A program made the position numbers and the translations under genes. Under the pieces are notes generated by a model. The model saw only the letters and a list, made by a program, of their open reading frames with translations, ran no database searches and was not told the origin of the DNA. From a virus (Duplodnaviria; Caudoviricetes), in the IMG/VR virus record IMGVR_UViG_3300038321_000202, positions 1 to 38,611 of that record: a DNA stretch of 38,611 nucleotides. One strand, 5' to 3'. Of the stretch, positions 25,659 to 35,695 are shown in pieces (within the stretch, counting starts at the first letter, position 1; the number at the start of each line of letters is the position of its first letter).

Positions 25659-26690
25659 TTACAGCGCATAGCCCCATACTTCCCAGCGCACGTCCGTTGT
25701 CAATGTTACCTTTGCGCCGGATGCGGCACGGAAATACAAATCGGATTTTTCCGTGGCGCCGTTCATGCTGTTTTGGATAAACGTATTTGTATTGAACAGA
25801 ATTCCGGTTGATCCAAACGATACATGCGCAAAGTATTTTTTGCCGTTATCGATCGCGACTGGCAGCGTCACATGGGTATCGTTTGTATCGCTGTGGAACC
25901 AAATATTTTGGTATTGTGTGGTGTAAGCAATATCTTCCACATAGCCGCCCCATTCATGTATGCGGCCGTCGTTATATTTTTCATAGTGACTATCCCCGGT
26001 TCCGTCGTCCATGGTAGGGACTGCATTATTCCACTTTGTGCGCTCCGCTGCGGTAATATGTCGGATTGAATCGGTATCATGCGACGTGAACGTTTCGTAT
26101 TTTGTGATCCCGCCGGTAGTGTCCTTTTGCGCGCTAATTCGGGCATCAACCTTAGTATCAAAGCCGTCGATTGTTTGGTTTGCCCGGTCGGCTGCGGCAT
26201 TTGCCGCGGAAGCTGCGTTATTGCAGTTCGTTACCGATCCCAGGGCCTGGACGAGGGACATAAAGTCGTCACTGGAAACAACGGTTTCTTCCATATCGCT
26301 GTCGGAGATTGTTAAGGTGAAGCCTGTAGCTTTCAGCGCTGTACTGCCTGGGCTGATAATGGACACCGTACAGTCGGCGGTCCCGGATGCCGCTAAAGCC
26401 TGATCCGGCAAGACGAACAGAACCGTATTCCCGGTTGGATCGACAACGTTTCCGTCGATCATGACATTTGTTCCGTCCGGTTTTTTGATATACAGACGGC
26501 ACGAGCACCCGGTAAGGTCAAGCGGTTCCTGCTGGGTCCCGGTTTGCCCGCTTTCATTTGTTACGGTAACCGTATGTACCAGATGAATTTTTAGGATTCT
26601 GGAATTACTTTCTCCCTGGACGGCATAGGAAGTTCCCGTATTGTCGTTTGATACGTTCAAAGTGTGGTCCGACGTTTCAGTTCCCGCCAT
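25659..26690 (-). CDS. BppU-like baseplate/fibre protein with C-terminal tip domain
   Basis: AVQGESNSR.L...LDLTG...LYIKKPDG N-terminus; start placed at 26690 by the G-rich SD. Confidence 0.8.
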   Translation of the reverse strand: MAGTETSDHTLNVSNDNTGTSYAVQGESNSRILKIHLVHTVTVTNESGQTGTQQEPLDLTGCSCRLYIKKPDGTNVMIDGNVVDPTGNTVLFVLPDQALAASGTADCTVSIISPGSTALKATGFTLTISDSDMEETVVSSDDFMSLVQALGSVTNCNNAASAANAAADRANQTIDGFDTKVDARISAQKDTTGGITKYETFTSHDTDSIRHITAAERTKWNNAVPTMDDGTGDSHYEKYNDGRIHEWGGYVEDIAYTTQYQNIWFHSDTNDTHVTLPVAIDNGKKYFAHVSFGSTGILFNTNTFIQNSMNGATEKSDLYFRAASGAKVTLTTDVRWEVWGYAL

Positions 26691-26736
26691 TTGATTTACC
26701 CCCCCAAAAATTTTTATCTCATTGCCTGTCATATGT

Positions 26737-29415
26737 TTATTTCCACCGTCCCCAAATATCGTAATAATGCTCCGTATGCGCATTTGAAAACGAAGTTGGT
26801 GAAAACACATCGTAATAAATTGTGTTGCCGTTCGGAATATGGATTCCGGATGCCCAAGCATTGTGTCCAGTAACGTATATATTCATGGTGCATGTAGCTG
26901 TTCCTACAAGGGCAACTTGCAAGCCAAAGGAATAATCCTTATATCGATATACAGAACCAACGCCAACGGTTATCGACATAGCAACATCGATTCTTCCCCA
27001 TTGGTGAACTGTGCCGTCTGGATACTTGTGCCAGTGCCTCATTGTGCTCCCGTCATCGTAGGATTCATCTTTAACTGTGAGTTTTCCCTGAAGATCAATG
27101 TTTCCCGCCGACAAACTTAGATGGCCTTGTGTATCAGTGCTGTAACCAATAGAAACGCTGCCGCCTGGACCGAATGCACTGAATCCACCATATGGATCCG
27201 TTCCGGTATTCCCAGCAATCATTTCTAATCTCGTCATGTTGTTTTTATGGTCCACTCCAAAAAGATTTATTTGAAAATCAGCGCCATCAATGCTTGTACC
27301 GATGTGATCCGATATTAAAATATTGCAATTTCCGGATGCGCTTTGGATGGAAATACTCTCAAATTCACCATCGTCGGTATTATACTTTTTTGATACTATG
27401 CTTCCGACTTTACCACTCGGATCATACATAACGATTCCGGAACCCGTTTGACTGGTTCCACCATATCCCGTAAAACTTGCGGAACCAATAACGGAATAAT
27501 ATCCCAGATTCACGCTATATATCTTTTGCGCCTGCAAATTGGTTGTGTCGATTCGGTCAGCAGATATTTTTCCCGTCGTAATCGTCCCCGCGTCAATGCT
27601 CTGGATGATGCCGCTTTCTGCTGTTATTGTCCCGACCGCAAGCTCGTTAGCGGTGATCGTGTGAGCCGCGATCTCATCGGCGGTAATCGCCCCAGCGACG
27701 ATCCGGTCGGCGGTAATGCTCCGCTGGGTCAGGCTCCCGCCGTCGATAGTGGTTTGGCTAAGCTGTGCCGTACCGTTGGCCTCGTTGATGGTGTAAACGA
27801 TACTCTGATCAGTGCCGGTGATGATAAGGCGCTCGACGGACAGCGTTCCAGCCGTGATCTTGTCAGCGGTGAGGTTGACGATTTTCGCGTCGGTGATACT
27901 GCCGTCCGCAATCTGCGCCGTCCCAACTGCCCCTGTGTCGATCATGGCGGTTTTGATGGTGCCAGCCGCGATGTTGGCAAGGTCGATTTTGGCGTAGTTG
28001 GCTTCCAAGTAGTCTGTTGTGACCGTCCCTGCGGTTATATTGTCAATCCGCGCGTTTGTCGCGTTAAGATTTTCAATGGTCGCGTAGGTGGATTGGATGG
28101 AATCAGCCTTTAAGTAATCGGCTTCCAGGTTATCAATTGTCGCGTAGGTAGACTGAATTGCATCCGCCATAACGTAATTGGCGGTCAGGTAGTCCGTCGT
28201 AACCGCGGTGGCCTGCAGGTTATCAATTTGCGCGTTGGCGGCCGTCAGGTCGATAATGTCTGCCTTTTGCGCAACCAGTGTACCGATTTCTGCGGTTTTT
28301 GCGTTTAGGCTGCTGTAAGTACCATCACCATTTGATACCGCTACGCGGCTGCCCTGTACATCCCCCGTGCTGTCCGTTACGTTATCCACGGCATCCGCTG
28401 TATCGGCAACGTGCAGGATAATATCATCCAGGCTCGCGATACGGTTAGCAAGTTCCACCGTGGTTTTGTCCGGCTCATCCGGATACCGATTGAGTTTAAC
28501 AATTCGCTGCTGCTCCCGAACGCCCGTGCTTTCCGATACCAGCGTAATCCAATCCCCGAGCGCGAAGTCCAGCACGGACCATTTACCGTCCGACGCCTTT
28601 GCCAAATCAATAATATCTGCCGAGTAGGCGACGGTCGGCTTACTAAGATAATCCAGCCGCTCTTTAGCGTCTGCCAGCAGATCGGCCTTTAGGGTGTACC
28701 GATTATCGATCCAGTAGGCGGATATATCCTTTTTACTGTACTGATAATTATGGATGAAGGGGTCCCCGCCATTAATGGACGCAACCGTCATACCATCCTT
28801 ACCGAGAGGAAGCAGACGGGTAATGTAATCACGGCTGTTGCCCTGGATTTGCAGCTGGACCAGATTTAATTGTTCAGCAAAATATACGCCCCGGTCAGCA
28901 CCCTGTTTCTGGTGCAGACTGATAAGATGCCGCAGACTGTCAAACGTGACCTCGCAATCATAGGCGTTTGCTATATCACAAATCACATCAAACACCGTAC
29001 ACTGCTTCTTCGCGGCAGTGCGGCGCTTTGTTACGTCGCAATACCCGACATCCCAGCCTGTACCGGCAAGGGCAAGCCGGGCCGCATCGGACGCGGGAAT
29101 ACTGCCGGGTTCAAAATCATCCAGCAGCGTGCCTTTCAGCGGCTCCACGTTAAGATCACAGACGAATTCAACGGCCGTTATACCGTTATCTGCCGTTTGA
29201 AGGTTGCTTTCCTTAACCACATACTCCGCTGTTTCCGTACGCACATAGCATTCATACCGAATCAACCCGCAGGCGTTATCTTCCATCGGATAGGTAAAAT
29301 GCAGCTTGTCCAGCGTAATGCTGTCCCCGCTGGAAAGCTCCTGCTCGATATGTAAATCCGAATAGTTCGGAAGCGCGCATAATTTCTCATGCGCCGTATT
29401 ATATAAAATCAGCAT
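26737..29415 (-). CDS. Tail spike / Tal-like protein with repeat shaft and tip domain
   Basis: ITRLLPLGKDG, ALGDWITL; ITADKITAG-type repeats. Confidence 0.85.
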   Translation of the reverse strand: MLILYNTAHEKLCALPNYSDLHIEQELSSGDSITLDKLHFTYPMEDNACGLIRYECYVRTETAEYVVKESNLQTADNGITAVEFVCDLNVEPLKGTLLDDFEPGSIPASDAARLALAGTGWDVGYCDVTKRRTAAKKQCTVFDVICDIANAYDCEVTFDSLRHLISLHQKQGADRGVYFAEQLNLVQLQIQGNSRDYITRLLPLGKDGMTVASINGGDPFIHNYQYSKKDISAYWIDNRYTLKADLLADAKERLDYLSKPTVAYSADIIDLAKASDGKWSVLDFALGDWITLVSESTGVREQQRIVKLNRYPDEPDKTTVELANRIASLDDIILHVADTADAVDNVTDSTGDVQGSRVAVSNGDGTYSSLNAKTAEIGTLVAQKADIIDLTAANAQIDNLQATAVTTDYLTANYVMADAIQSTYATIDNLEADYLKADSIQSTYATIENLNATNARIDNITAGTVTTDYLEANYAKIDLANIAAGTIKTAMIDTGAVGTAQIADGSITDAKIVNLTADKITAGTLSVERLIITGTDQSIVYTINEANGTAQLSQTTIDGGSLTQRSITADRIVAGAITADEIAAHTITANELAVGTITAESGIIQSIDAGTITTGKISADRIDTTNLQAQKIYSVNLGYYSVIGSASFTGYGGTSQTGSGIVMYDPSGKVGSIVSKKYNTDDGEFESISIQSASGNCNILISDHIGTSIDGADFQINLFGVDHKNNMTRLEMIAGNTGTDPYGGFSAFGPGGSVSIGYSTDTQGHLSLSAGNIDLQGKLTVKDESYDDGSTMRHWHKYPDGTVHQWGRIDVAMSITVGVGSVYRYKDYSFGLQVALVGTATCTMNIYVTGHNAWASGIHIPNGNTIYYDVFSPTSFSNAHTEHYYDIWGRWK

Positions 29416-29443
29416 GATACCATTTCCTTGACGACAGAGGAAA

Positions 29444-29836
29444 TTAATCCTCTATCATATAATCAATGGCCGTCAGCTCCGCAGCAGAAAAGCTGACTTC
29501 GCCAAAATCGGATAACTTAATCTTCCGAATGTCTATATCCGCTTTAATATCCAGCAGGGTATTGAGATCCTTCTGAAATGCTTTCGCTGCCGTGATGCTC
29601 GTAAACTCCACTGACCTACCATCCGAACGAAGAACGAACTTACCTTTCTCATCCTTTTTCGCGTATTTGTCCAACAGCTTTTTCCGCTCTTTGTCGTACA
29701 AAGAAATAGCGGAATCGATATGGCTGATATTCCGTGAAAGCGTATAAGACACTTTCACGGGCAACTGCTTCTGCGATATCTGCCGCATCAGGGTAATATT
29801 TTCAACGAGCTTCCGATTTGTGATATTCATTTCCAA
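29444..29836 (-). CDS. Hypothetical tail-region protein (DUF1617-like)
   Basis: LPVKVSY.LSRN...Y.KER.KLLDKYA.KDE.G. Confidence 0.7.
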   Translation of the reverse strand: MEMNITNRKLVENITLMRQISQKQLPVKVSYTLSRNISHIDSAISLYDKERKKLLDKYAKKDEKGKFVLRSDGRSVEFTSITAAKAFQKDLNTLLDIKADIDIRKIKLSDFGEVSFSAAELTAIDYMIED

Positions 29837-29843
29837 CGCTCCC

Positions 29844-30107
29844 TTATGCCGTGGCCGTTGGCCCGAATTGCGTCAAGCCAATGCTGTTTGACTGTGCCCG
29901 GACTTCGGCAATAAAATCCGTAAACTGCTGTTGGATAACGCTGTCGGCTGGTAAAGCCGTATTCTGGGACAACACGGCATTGATATTAACGGAATTATTT
30001 CCGGTATCGACGGTCGCGCTCATGCTGCCAACCACCGATCCCGTATCCGTCCCATCGTTCGTAATCGTCATGCGATAGCTGTTACTTTCCGTAATAATTC
30101 GATTCAT
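29844..30107 (-). CDS. Small tail-region protein
   Basis: ATG at 30107 with AGGAAG SD, 87 aa. Confidence 0.65.
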   Translation of the reverse strand: MNRIITESNSYRMTITNDGTDTGSVVGSMSATVDTGNNSVNINAVLSQNTALPADSVIQQQFTDFIAEVRAQSNSIGLTQFGPTATA

Positions 30108-30132
30108 AAAAATACTTCCTTTCAGTTTGGCA

Positions 30133-31320
30133 TCACATAAACTTTGGCTTGTATTCGACTTTAACGGTACAATCAGGAGAATCAACGGATACTGTATTTT
30201 TTCCGGGCTGTACCACGGGAAAGGCCCAAAGGTCGGTATCTGAAAATTTATTGACCCGCTGATCCCCGCTCGCATCCCGGGCATGATAGCAATTCAACTG
30301 ATCCACCAGTGCGCTAAGCAGGGGTTGCGTGCCCCAGAATCCGCCGTCACCCAAATGCTGAATCCATAGGATTTCGACCGTATTCCATCCCGCGGTCAAA
30401 GGCAGGGATACGGTCGGGCGCCGCCATACTCCAGCGCTGTAAACCGTGTTGCCGTTCACCAGGATACTGCACCCGTCGTCATGCGATACCCGCCAGGATA
30501 CCGAGGTAGCTTCGGATACATATACGGCCGTTTTGAGATACCCCAGATAGTCGTACCCGGTATCGTGCATAAGGTCCCGCCGGTCAGAAATCAATTCCTG
30601 CATGCTGATGCTGTTCGTCGGAATATCGGCTTTTTGAGGAGCGTAATTTGGACTGTACGCCCCCGGGCTGAAAAACTCCGCCATACTGTATTTCCGGTAC
30701 AGCCATTTCCCGGCTCCGCTGCTTTCAGTAATAATTGTGTCCAGGTCCGGTTCCGTGACCAATCCCGTTTCCCCATCAATCGTAACAGGGGATCCGGTAT
30801 GCAGGTGCTGTATGGTAATCGGCTTTTTCGTCAACCCGGATAACTGCAACCTGTCAATATAAAAGCTGGGCTGGATTGTCACCACTGCCGACGCGGGCAG
30901 ATTCCCACGGGCGGCAAATGTTATGGAGCCGGTGAAAGTAATCCGCTCTGGAAGCTGATAAGCGTATCCACTTTGCAGGGATACGCTTACCTGATAATTA
31001 CTATCATCAATATATTCCGGCTCCGTACCCGTTAAGGTAGCGTCGTAAAACAAATTAATATCCGGAAATTTCAGCGTACACTTTTCCAACGCCCGTACCA
31101 GGTTTGACGTGTCGATAAGACACGCTTCCCGGCTGTGATCGCGTATCATGAAAACCAGCTTAATGTCCGCATAAGTTTCTTTTTTCCCGTAATATTGGGG
31201 AACTAATCCCTGTCGGGTCCAATTCTCATAAATCGTCACTTTAGATGGTGAAATGGACTTTGACAGCAGCAGCGCATGATAAGCCTTCGCATCGGTACCG
31301 TCTATATTAACGCCATCCAT
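30133..31320 (-). CDS. Distal tail protein (Dit) with inserted PA14-like domain
   Basis: Follows the tape measure gene; Dit end FPVVQPGKNTV...VEYKPKFM; insert SHDDG.SILVNG...LTAGWNTVEI. Confidence 0.8.
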   Translation of the reverse strand: MDGVNIDGTDAKAYHALLLSKSISPSKVTIYENWTRQGLVPQYYGKKETYADIKLVFMIRDHSREACLIDTSNLVRALEKCTLKFPDINLFYDATLTGTEPEYIDDSNYQVSVSLQSGYAYQLPERITFTGSITFAARGNLPASAVVTIQPSFYIDRLQLSGLTKKPITIQHLHTGSPVTIDGETGLVTEPDLDTIITESSGAGKWLYRKYSMAEFFSPGAYSPNYAPQKADIPTNSISMQELISDRRDLMHDTGYDYLGYLKTAVYVSEATSVSWRVSHDDGCSILVNGNTVYSAGVWRRPTVSLPLTAGWNTVEILWIQHLGDGGFWGTQPLLSALVDQLNCYHARDASGDQRVNKFSDTDLWAFPVVQPGKNTVSVDSPDCTVKVEYKPKFM

Positions 31321-31324
31321 TTAA

Positions 31325-34099
31325 TTACTTCCTTTTAATCGCCCGGGCAAGCGCGTTCGAGATTTTCCGGACATCGGTATCCGCGATTTCTTTGCTGCCG
31401 AAAGAATTATCCTTAAAAACAACAGTAAGCTCGGACGCGCCGCCGATTGTACCGGATGATTCATAAGCGCCGGCAGTTGCAACAGCTATCTGAGGTTTTA
31501 CTTTCATACCGGCTGCCACGTCCGAAGCGACATCCTGTACGGCTGAAATCAGTTTATACCGATTTTGCTGGATACCGGATACCAGGCTGTCCATAAAATC
31601 GGGCATCCAAGTATCATCGTCAGCAAGGGGTCCTTCGTCCGGCCGCGAATGATGCAGCACGGCATGAATCTTATCCGCTACCCAACCAACAGCGTTCTGC
31701 ACAGCTTGGAACCCGGATTTAATCCCGTTGACGAAGTTATTTATCAGGTCTTTGCCCCACTGCATGGGGTTCAGCTTTGAAAATCCGTTTTTAATCGACT
31801 GCCATACGCCGCCGAACCATGCCCCGGCGTTACTCCATGCGCCTTGTATTTTGCCCCAGGCGTCACGGAAACCGTTGGAGATCATATCGGGCTTGAACGC
31901 TTTTTTGATTCCACTCCAAATATTGCCGAACCACCCGGTAGCTTTACCCCAAACGCCTTGAATACCGCTCCACGCGCTGCCAAAGGCACTGGAAATCAGG
32001 TTAGGCTTGAATGCATTTTTGATTCCACTCCAAATATTGCCAAACCATCCAGTGGCTTTACTCCAAATATTTTGAATACCGCTCCATGCCGACCCAAATA
32101 TATTAGCAAACCAGCCACCCACGTTTGAAAAAACAGACGAAATGCCCTTCCAGATTCCACTAAAGAACCCGGTTACTGAATTCCAGGCCCCCTTAACCCC
32201 GTTCAGCGCAGCTAAGAACACACTTTTAACGCTATTGCATAAAGCTGTAGCACCCGCTTTAATCCCGTTGATTGCGCCCAACACGACGGCCTTAACCTTC
32301 GCAACGGCGTTATTGACCCAGTCATGGAACGCTTTATTTTTATTATACAGAACCACCAGAGCAACTACTAAAGCAGCGATCGCTGCAATCACAATGGTAA
32401 TCGGGTTTGCCAGCATAAAAGAACCCATAGCCTGAAAGGCTGATCCAACGCGTTTCACTGCGGAAAGCAATCCAGTACCAATCTTGCTCCCCAAACCGGA
32501 AATCGCGCTCCCAGCTTTTTGAGCAGCAGACAGCAGCCCGCTGCCCACTTTACTGCCCAGACTGGAAATTGCACCCCCGGCTTTTGACGCGGCAGACCCA
32601 ACAACGGAACCGAAAGACTTGAACTTATCTCCCGCCCGCACAGCACTGTCACGGATGGTATCGAGATTACCCTTCGTCTGTTTAAACGGCTTAGCCAGCC
32701 TTGATAGAATACCACCCGTATTCTGGAGCTTACCCACTACTCCCGCCACTACATCCAATCCTTTGAACGCGCCCTGTAACCCTTTCACCGCGCCGATCAA
32801 TCCAAGAAATATCCCCGCGGGCGGGCTTTGTTTCATCAGGGCACTGAAAAAGGCTCCGGCCAATTGTACGGCCGCTTGCGCAAGCTGCGGCGCGGCTTTA
32901 AGCAGACCGCCGACTAAAGCGCTGATTAAGGCAGAAGTCCCGCTGACAATCTGGTCTGCATGCTCGGAAAGCCCTTGCGCCAAGGCCAAGATAAGTTTCA
33001 CGGCCAGGTTAAGCACCTGCGGAAGCGTTGTCGCTATCCCGTTGGCAAACGACCCGATGATCGCCGGGGCCGACTTTACCAGCTGGGGTGCATTATCAGA
33101 TAATCCCTTTACCAGACTCTGCACGATGGCCACGGCAGCGGAAGTTAGTTTCGGAAGGATGGTCGTAACAAGTTTTGGAATTTCTTCCGCGACCTTCGGA
33201 GCCAGCTTCGCTATGAGCGTGGCGACCCCGCCCAATACAATTTCAATGCGGGGCAGTAGGTTTTGTGCAAAGGTCCCGGCGCTGTCCAAAACGTTCTGTA
33301 ACAGCTTGTCAAAATTCTGCGTCGGGTCTGCCATGCCGGTAAGCAGGTTTTGCCATGCGGATTTCATAGCCATTGCGGATCCTTGTAAGGTGGAGCTTGC
33401 TTCTTTTGCGGTCGTACCCGTAATTCCAAGTTGTCCCTGAATTACATGGATAGCCTGGTAAACGTCGTTTAGGTTCTTGATGTTATACTTGACTCCGGTA
33501 ATTTTTTGCGCATCAGAAAGCAGGCGCTGCATCTCTTCTTGCGTGCCACCATAGCCGAGCTTTAAGTTGTCGAGCATAGTATAGTTTTGTTTTGCAAAGC
33601 CTTGATAGGCATACTGGATAGACCCCATGTCGGTGCCCATTTTGTTGGCGTTGTCCGACATATCGGTAAGCGCCATGTTGGCTACCTGCGCAGCCTTTGC
33701 CGTGTTGCCGCCAACGCTTTGCAGCAGGCTTGCTGAAAAGCCCGTAACCGTCTCCATGTACTCGTTTGCAGACATGCCGGCTGTTTTATATGCGTTCGCA
33801 GCATAGCTTTCAACCAATGGAGCGCTCTTTTTAAAAAGAGTTTCCACACCGCCAGTCAACTGTTCGTAGTCAGAATACGCTTCAACCGACTTTTTCCCAA
33901 GGGCAATGACCCCGGTCACACCAGCGCCAACAGCAACGGCCATTGTACTCAACACATTTTTTGCAACGTTTCCGACCTTCGACATCCCGCTTACGAAACT
34001 ACCGTGAAAGCTTTTTGCCTGCCCGTTGATCGCAGATAATTTTGACGACACCCCACCATCCTGCAGGATAATACGGCCCATAATCGAAAACAGTTCCAT
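31325..34099 (-). CDS. Tape measure protein
   Basis: 924 aa; KQNYTMLDNLKLGYGGT motif; Trp/Phe periodic repeats including three 38-aa units. Confidence 0.93.
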   Translation of the reverse strand: MELFSIMGRIILQDGGVSSKLSAINGQAKSFHGSFVSGMSKVGNVAKNVLSTMAVAVGAGVTGVIALGKKSVEAYSDYEQLTGGVETLFKKSAPLVESYAANAYKTAGMSANEYMETVTGFSASLLQSVGGNTAKAAQVANMALTDMSDNANKMGTDMGSIQYAYQGFAKQNYTMLDNLKLGYGGTQEEMQRLLSDAQKITGVKYNIKNLNDVYQAIHVIQGQLGITGTTAKEASSTLQGSAMAMKSAWQNLLTGMADPTQNFDKLLQNVLDSAGTFAQNLLPRIEIVLGGVATLIAKLAPKVAEEIPKLVTTILPKLTSAAVAIVQSLVKGLSDNAPQLVKSAPAIIGSFANGIATTLPQVLNLAVKLILALAQGLSEHADQIVSGTSALISALVGGLLKAAPQLAQAAVQLAGAFFSALMKQSPPAGIFLGLIGAVKGLQGAFKGLDVVAGVVGKLQNTGGILSRLAKPFKQTKGNLDTIRDSAVRAGDKFKSFGSVVGSAASKAGGAISSLGSKVGSGLLSAAQKAGSAISGLGSKIGTGLLSAVKRVGSAFQAMGSFMLANPITIVIAAIAALVVALVVLYNKNKAFHDWVNNAVAKVKAVVLGAINGIKAGATALCNSVKSVFLAALNGVKGAWNSVTGFFSGIWKGISSVFSNVGGWFANIFGSAWSGIQNIWSKATGWFGNIWSGIKNAFKPNLISSAFGSAWSGIQGVWGKATGWFGNIWSGIKKAFKPDMISNGFRDAWGKIQGAWSNAGAWFGGVWQSIKNGFSKLNPMQWGKDLINNFVNGIKSGFQAVQNAVGWVADKIHAVLHHSRPDEGPLADDDTWMPDFMDSLVSGIQQNRYKLISAVQDVASDVAAGMKVKPQIAVATAGAYESSGTIGGASELTVVFKDNSFGSKEIADTDVRKISNALARAIKRK

Positions 34100-34100
34100 A

Positions 34101-34439
34101 TTATTTCACTCCCCCACGACGCTGATCCGCGTATTTAATTTGTTCGGCCTTCCGGATAATTTCACCCGCCGTCTGCTTCGGGGAAAGTGATTTTTTAGCG
34201 GCGTTATAACACTGCCGGCGGTACTCCGCAAAAGACGGATAGTTTTTCCCACCATAAACGTGTTCAGTATTCCATACCGCAAAAAGCTGCCGATCCGTAT
34301 CCGCCTCATACGCGCGATTAATCAGCGCTAAACCCGTATCAGCCGGCAGTTGCATCACATACGCCATTGCACCGCCATACCGGCTGCATAACAGGTCCAG
34401 CGTGTTTACTGCGTCGCTTTGGCTGCCGTAGATAAAAAA
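34101..34439 (-). CDS. Tail assembly chaperone, -1 frameshift extension (gpT-like)
   Basis: The -1 frame is open from the slippery site into the 34101-34367 ORF. Confidence 0.75.
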   Translation of the reverse strand, partial: FFIYGSQSDAVNTLDLLCSRYGGAMAYVMQLPADTGLALINRAYEADTDRQLFAVWNTEHVYGGKNYPSFAEYRRQCYNAAKKSLSPKQTAGEIIRKAEQIKYADQRRGGVK

Positions 34440-34750
34440 CTTCCGAACCCTTCCTGAGCGAACAGCTCGTTTACCATGTCAAGGGTATTGCCGGCCGGCT
34501 GGTGCTCTATCTCATCCGGGGTCTTTCCGGTCAGGCTCGCTAAAAATTTATAGCATTCTTTTTCGGCATTTCCCATGTTCTCGATAAAGATCAACGGGAT
34601 TTGCACAGATAAATTCTGCTCCGCAGCCGCTTTTTCGTCTTTACTCATGCCGGACGTGTCCTTTGCCAACGAAGCCACGGCGTTGCGGACGCCCATTTTT
34701 TTTAGAATTCGGGACAACGTGAATAGATCGGACGTAATAAGCTGACGCAT
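34406..34750 (-). CDS. Tail assembly chaperone (gpG-like)
   Basis: Between major tail and tape measure genes; T TTT TTA near the 3' end. Confidence 0.8.
   Translation of the reverse strand: MRQLITSDLFTLSRILKKMGVRNAVASLAKDTSGMSKDEKAAAEQNLSVQIPLIFIENMGNAEKECYKFLASLTGKTPDEIEHQPAGNTLDMVNELFAQEGFGSFLSTAAKATQ
34433..34439 (-). other. -1 ribosomal frameshift slippery heptamer TTTTTTA
   Basis: AGT TTT TTA in frame 0 fits X XXY YYZ. Confidence 0.75.
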
Positions 34751-34766
34751 TTATAATTCCTCCCGA

Positions 34767-34797
34767 TAAAACGAAGGGCGCCTGTTTTAGACGCCCC
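34767..34797 (-). terminator. Terminator-like hairpin after the major tail gene
   Basis: GGGCGTCT-AAAAC-AGGCGCCC then TTCGTTTT. Confidence 0.55.
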
Positions 34798-34801
34798 GTA
34801 G

Positions 34802-35695
34802 TTAATTATTTGTCACAGGCAGACCTGGGAAGGCTGCCAACTCGGCACCCGCCGCCGAAACAACCCGCTTAGCCGTATCGGTAGGCTGCGTATACGCAAC
34901 GGTAACAGCCTGTCCGGACGTCGGCACTGTAGTAAGCGTAAGCAGGATAGTATTCTGGGCGTTGATTCCTCGCGATGCCGCCGTAACCGCATCAGCGGCC
35001 CCGTCGACCGTAACCACAAAACCGTCCGCGGGGACCGTTTCTGCGACAGTATCGCTCATAGTCAGCTGGACCTTATCGCTGTCTATGATCGGGGAGCCGA
35101 CCACATAAAACAGCGCCGCAGACGCAACGTCCGACGGATAATGAATTTCCATAGGCAGTTCCTGCGGCTTCTGCGGATCAGCACTCGCCGTAAAAGTTAC
35201 CGGCAGAGTAATATCCTTGCTGTCCTCGGATTTGATCTGCAGGCCGTCCAGCGACAAAGCGTTTTTCAGAATAATCACAATTGGCTTACCGCTGCCGGAG
35301 ATAGTCGTCACCAGGGCGATATTATCAATATAATCACTGTCATGGATTGCTGCCCGCGGGACAATACGATCATACCCGGTAGGTTCCCCGGCATCATCGG
35401 CTACAACGTCGGCATTCAACGCCATCGCCAAAACTTCCTCGGTCGCTTCCAAAAAGTTGCATTTCAACGTGATCGTGATGGAGTCGTACACCTGCAGCCC
35501 TTTTGCGTTTGCGGCTTTCACACCGTCCACGCTAATCTGACGGGCTTTAGGCTTAAAATCGAATTCGTTGCCGCCGGATGTGGCGCCAACCAGCTTTTCC
35601 GACTCCAGGCCATAGTTTTTATACACGGCTCCCGCATCTAACAGCAGATGCTTCGCGGTGTCGGGGCTGAACCCCGTCGTTACTGTACTGTTCAT
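34802..35695 (-). CDS. Major tail protein with C-terminal SwmB/Ig-like domain
   Basis: LLLDAGAVYKN...GATSGG...DYIDNIA; C-terminal F.VTVDG...LTLTT...GQAVTVAYT.P...VTN. Confidence 0.88.
   Translation of the reverse strand: MNSTVTTGFSPDTAKHLLLDAGAVYKNYGLESEKLVGATSGGNEFDFKPKARQISVDGVKAANAKGLQVYDSITITLKCNFLEATEEVLAMALNADVVADDAGEPTGYDRIVPRAAIHDSDYIDNIALVTTISGSGKPIVIILKNALSLDGLQIKSEDSKDITLPVTFTASADPQKPQELPMEIHYPSDVASAALFYVVGSPIIDSDKVQLTMSDTVAETVPADGFVVTVDGAADAVTAASRGINAQNTILLTLTTVPTSGQAVTVAYTQPTDTAKRVVSAAGAELAAFPGLPVTNN

Noticed and set aside
25659-29415. Diversity-generating retroelement or invertible tail-fibre shufflon
   Set aside because: No reverse transcriptase or invertase, and no near-identical TR/VR pair or inverted crossover sites seen.
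31770-32620. 114-bp and 66-bp repeats in the tape measure gene
   Set aside because: Ordinary tape measure periodicity.
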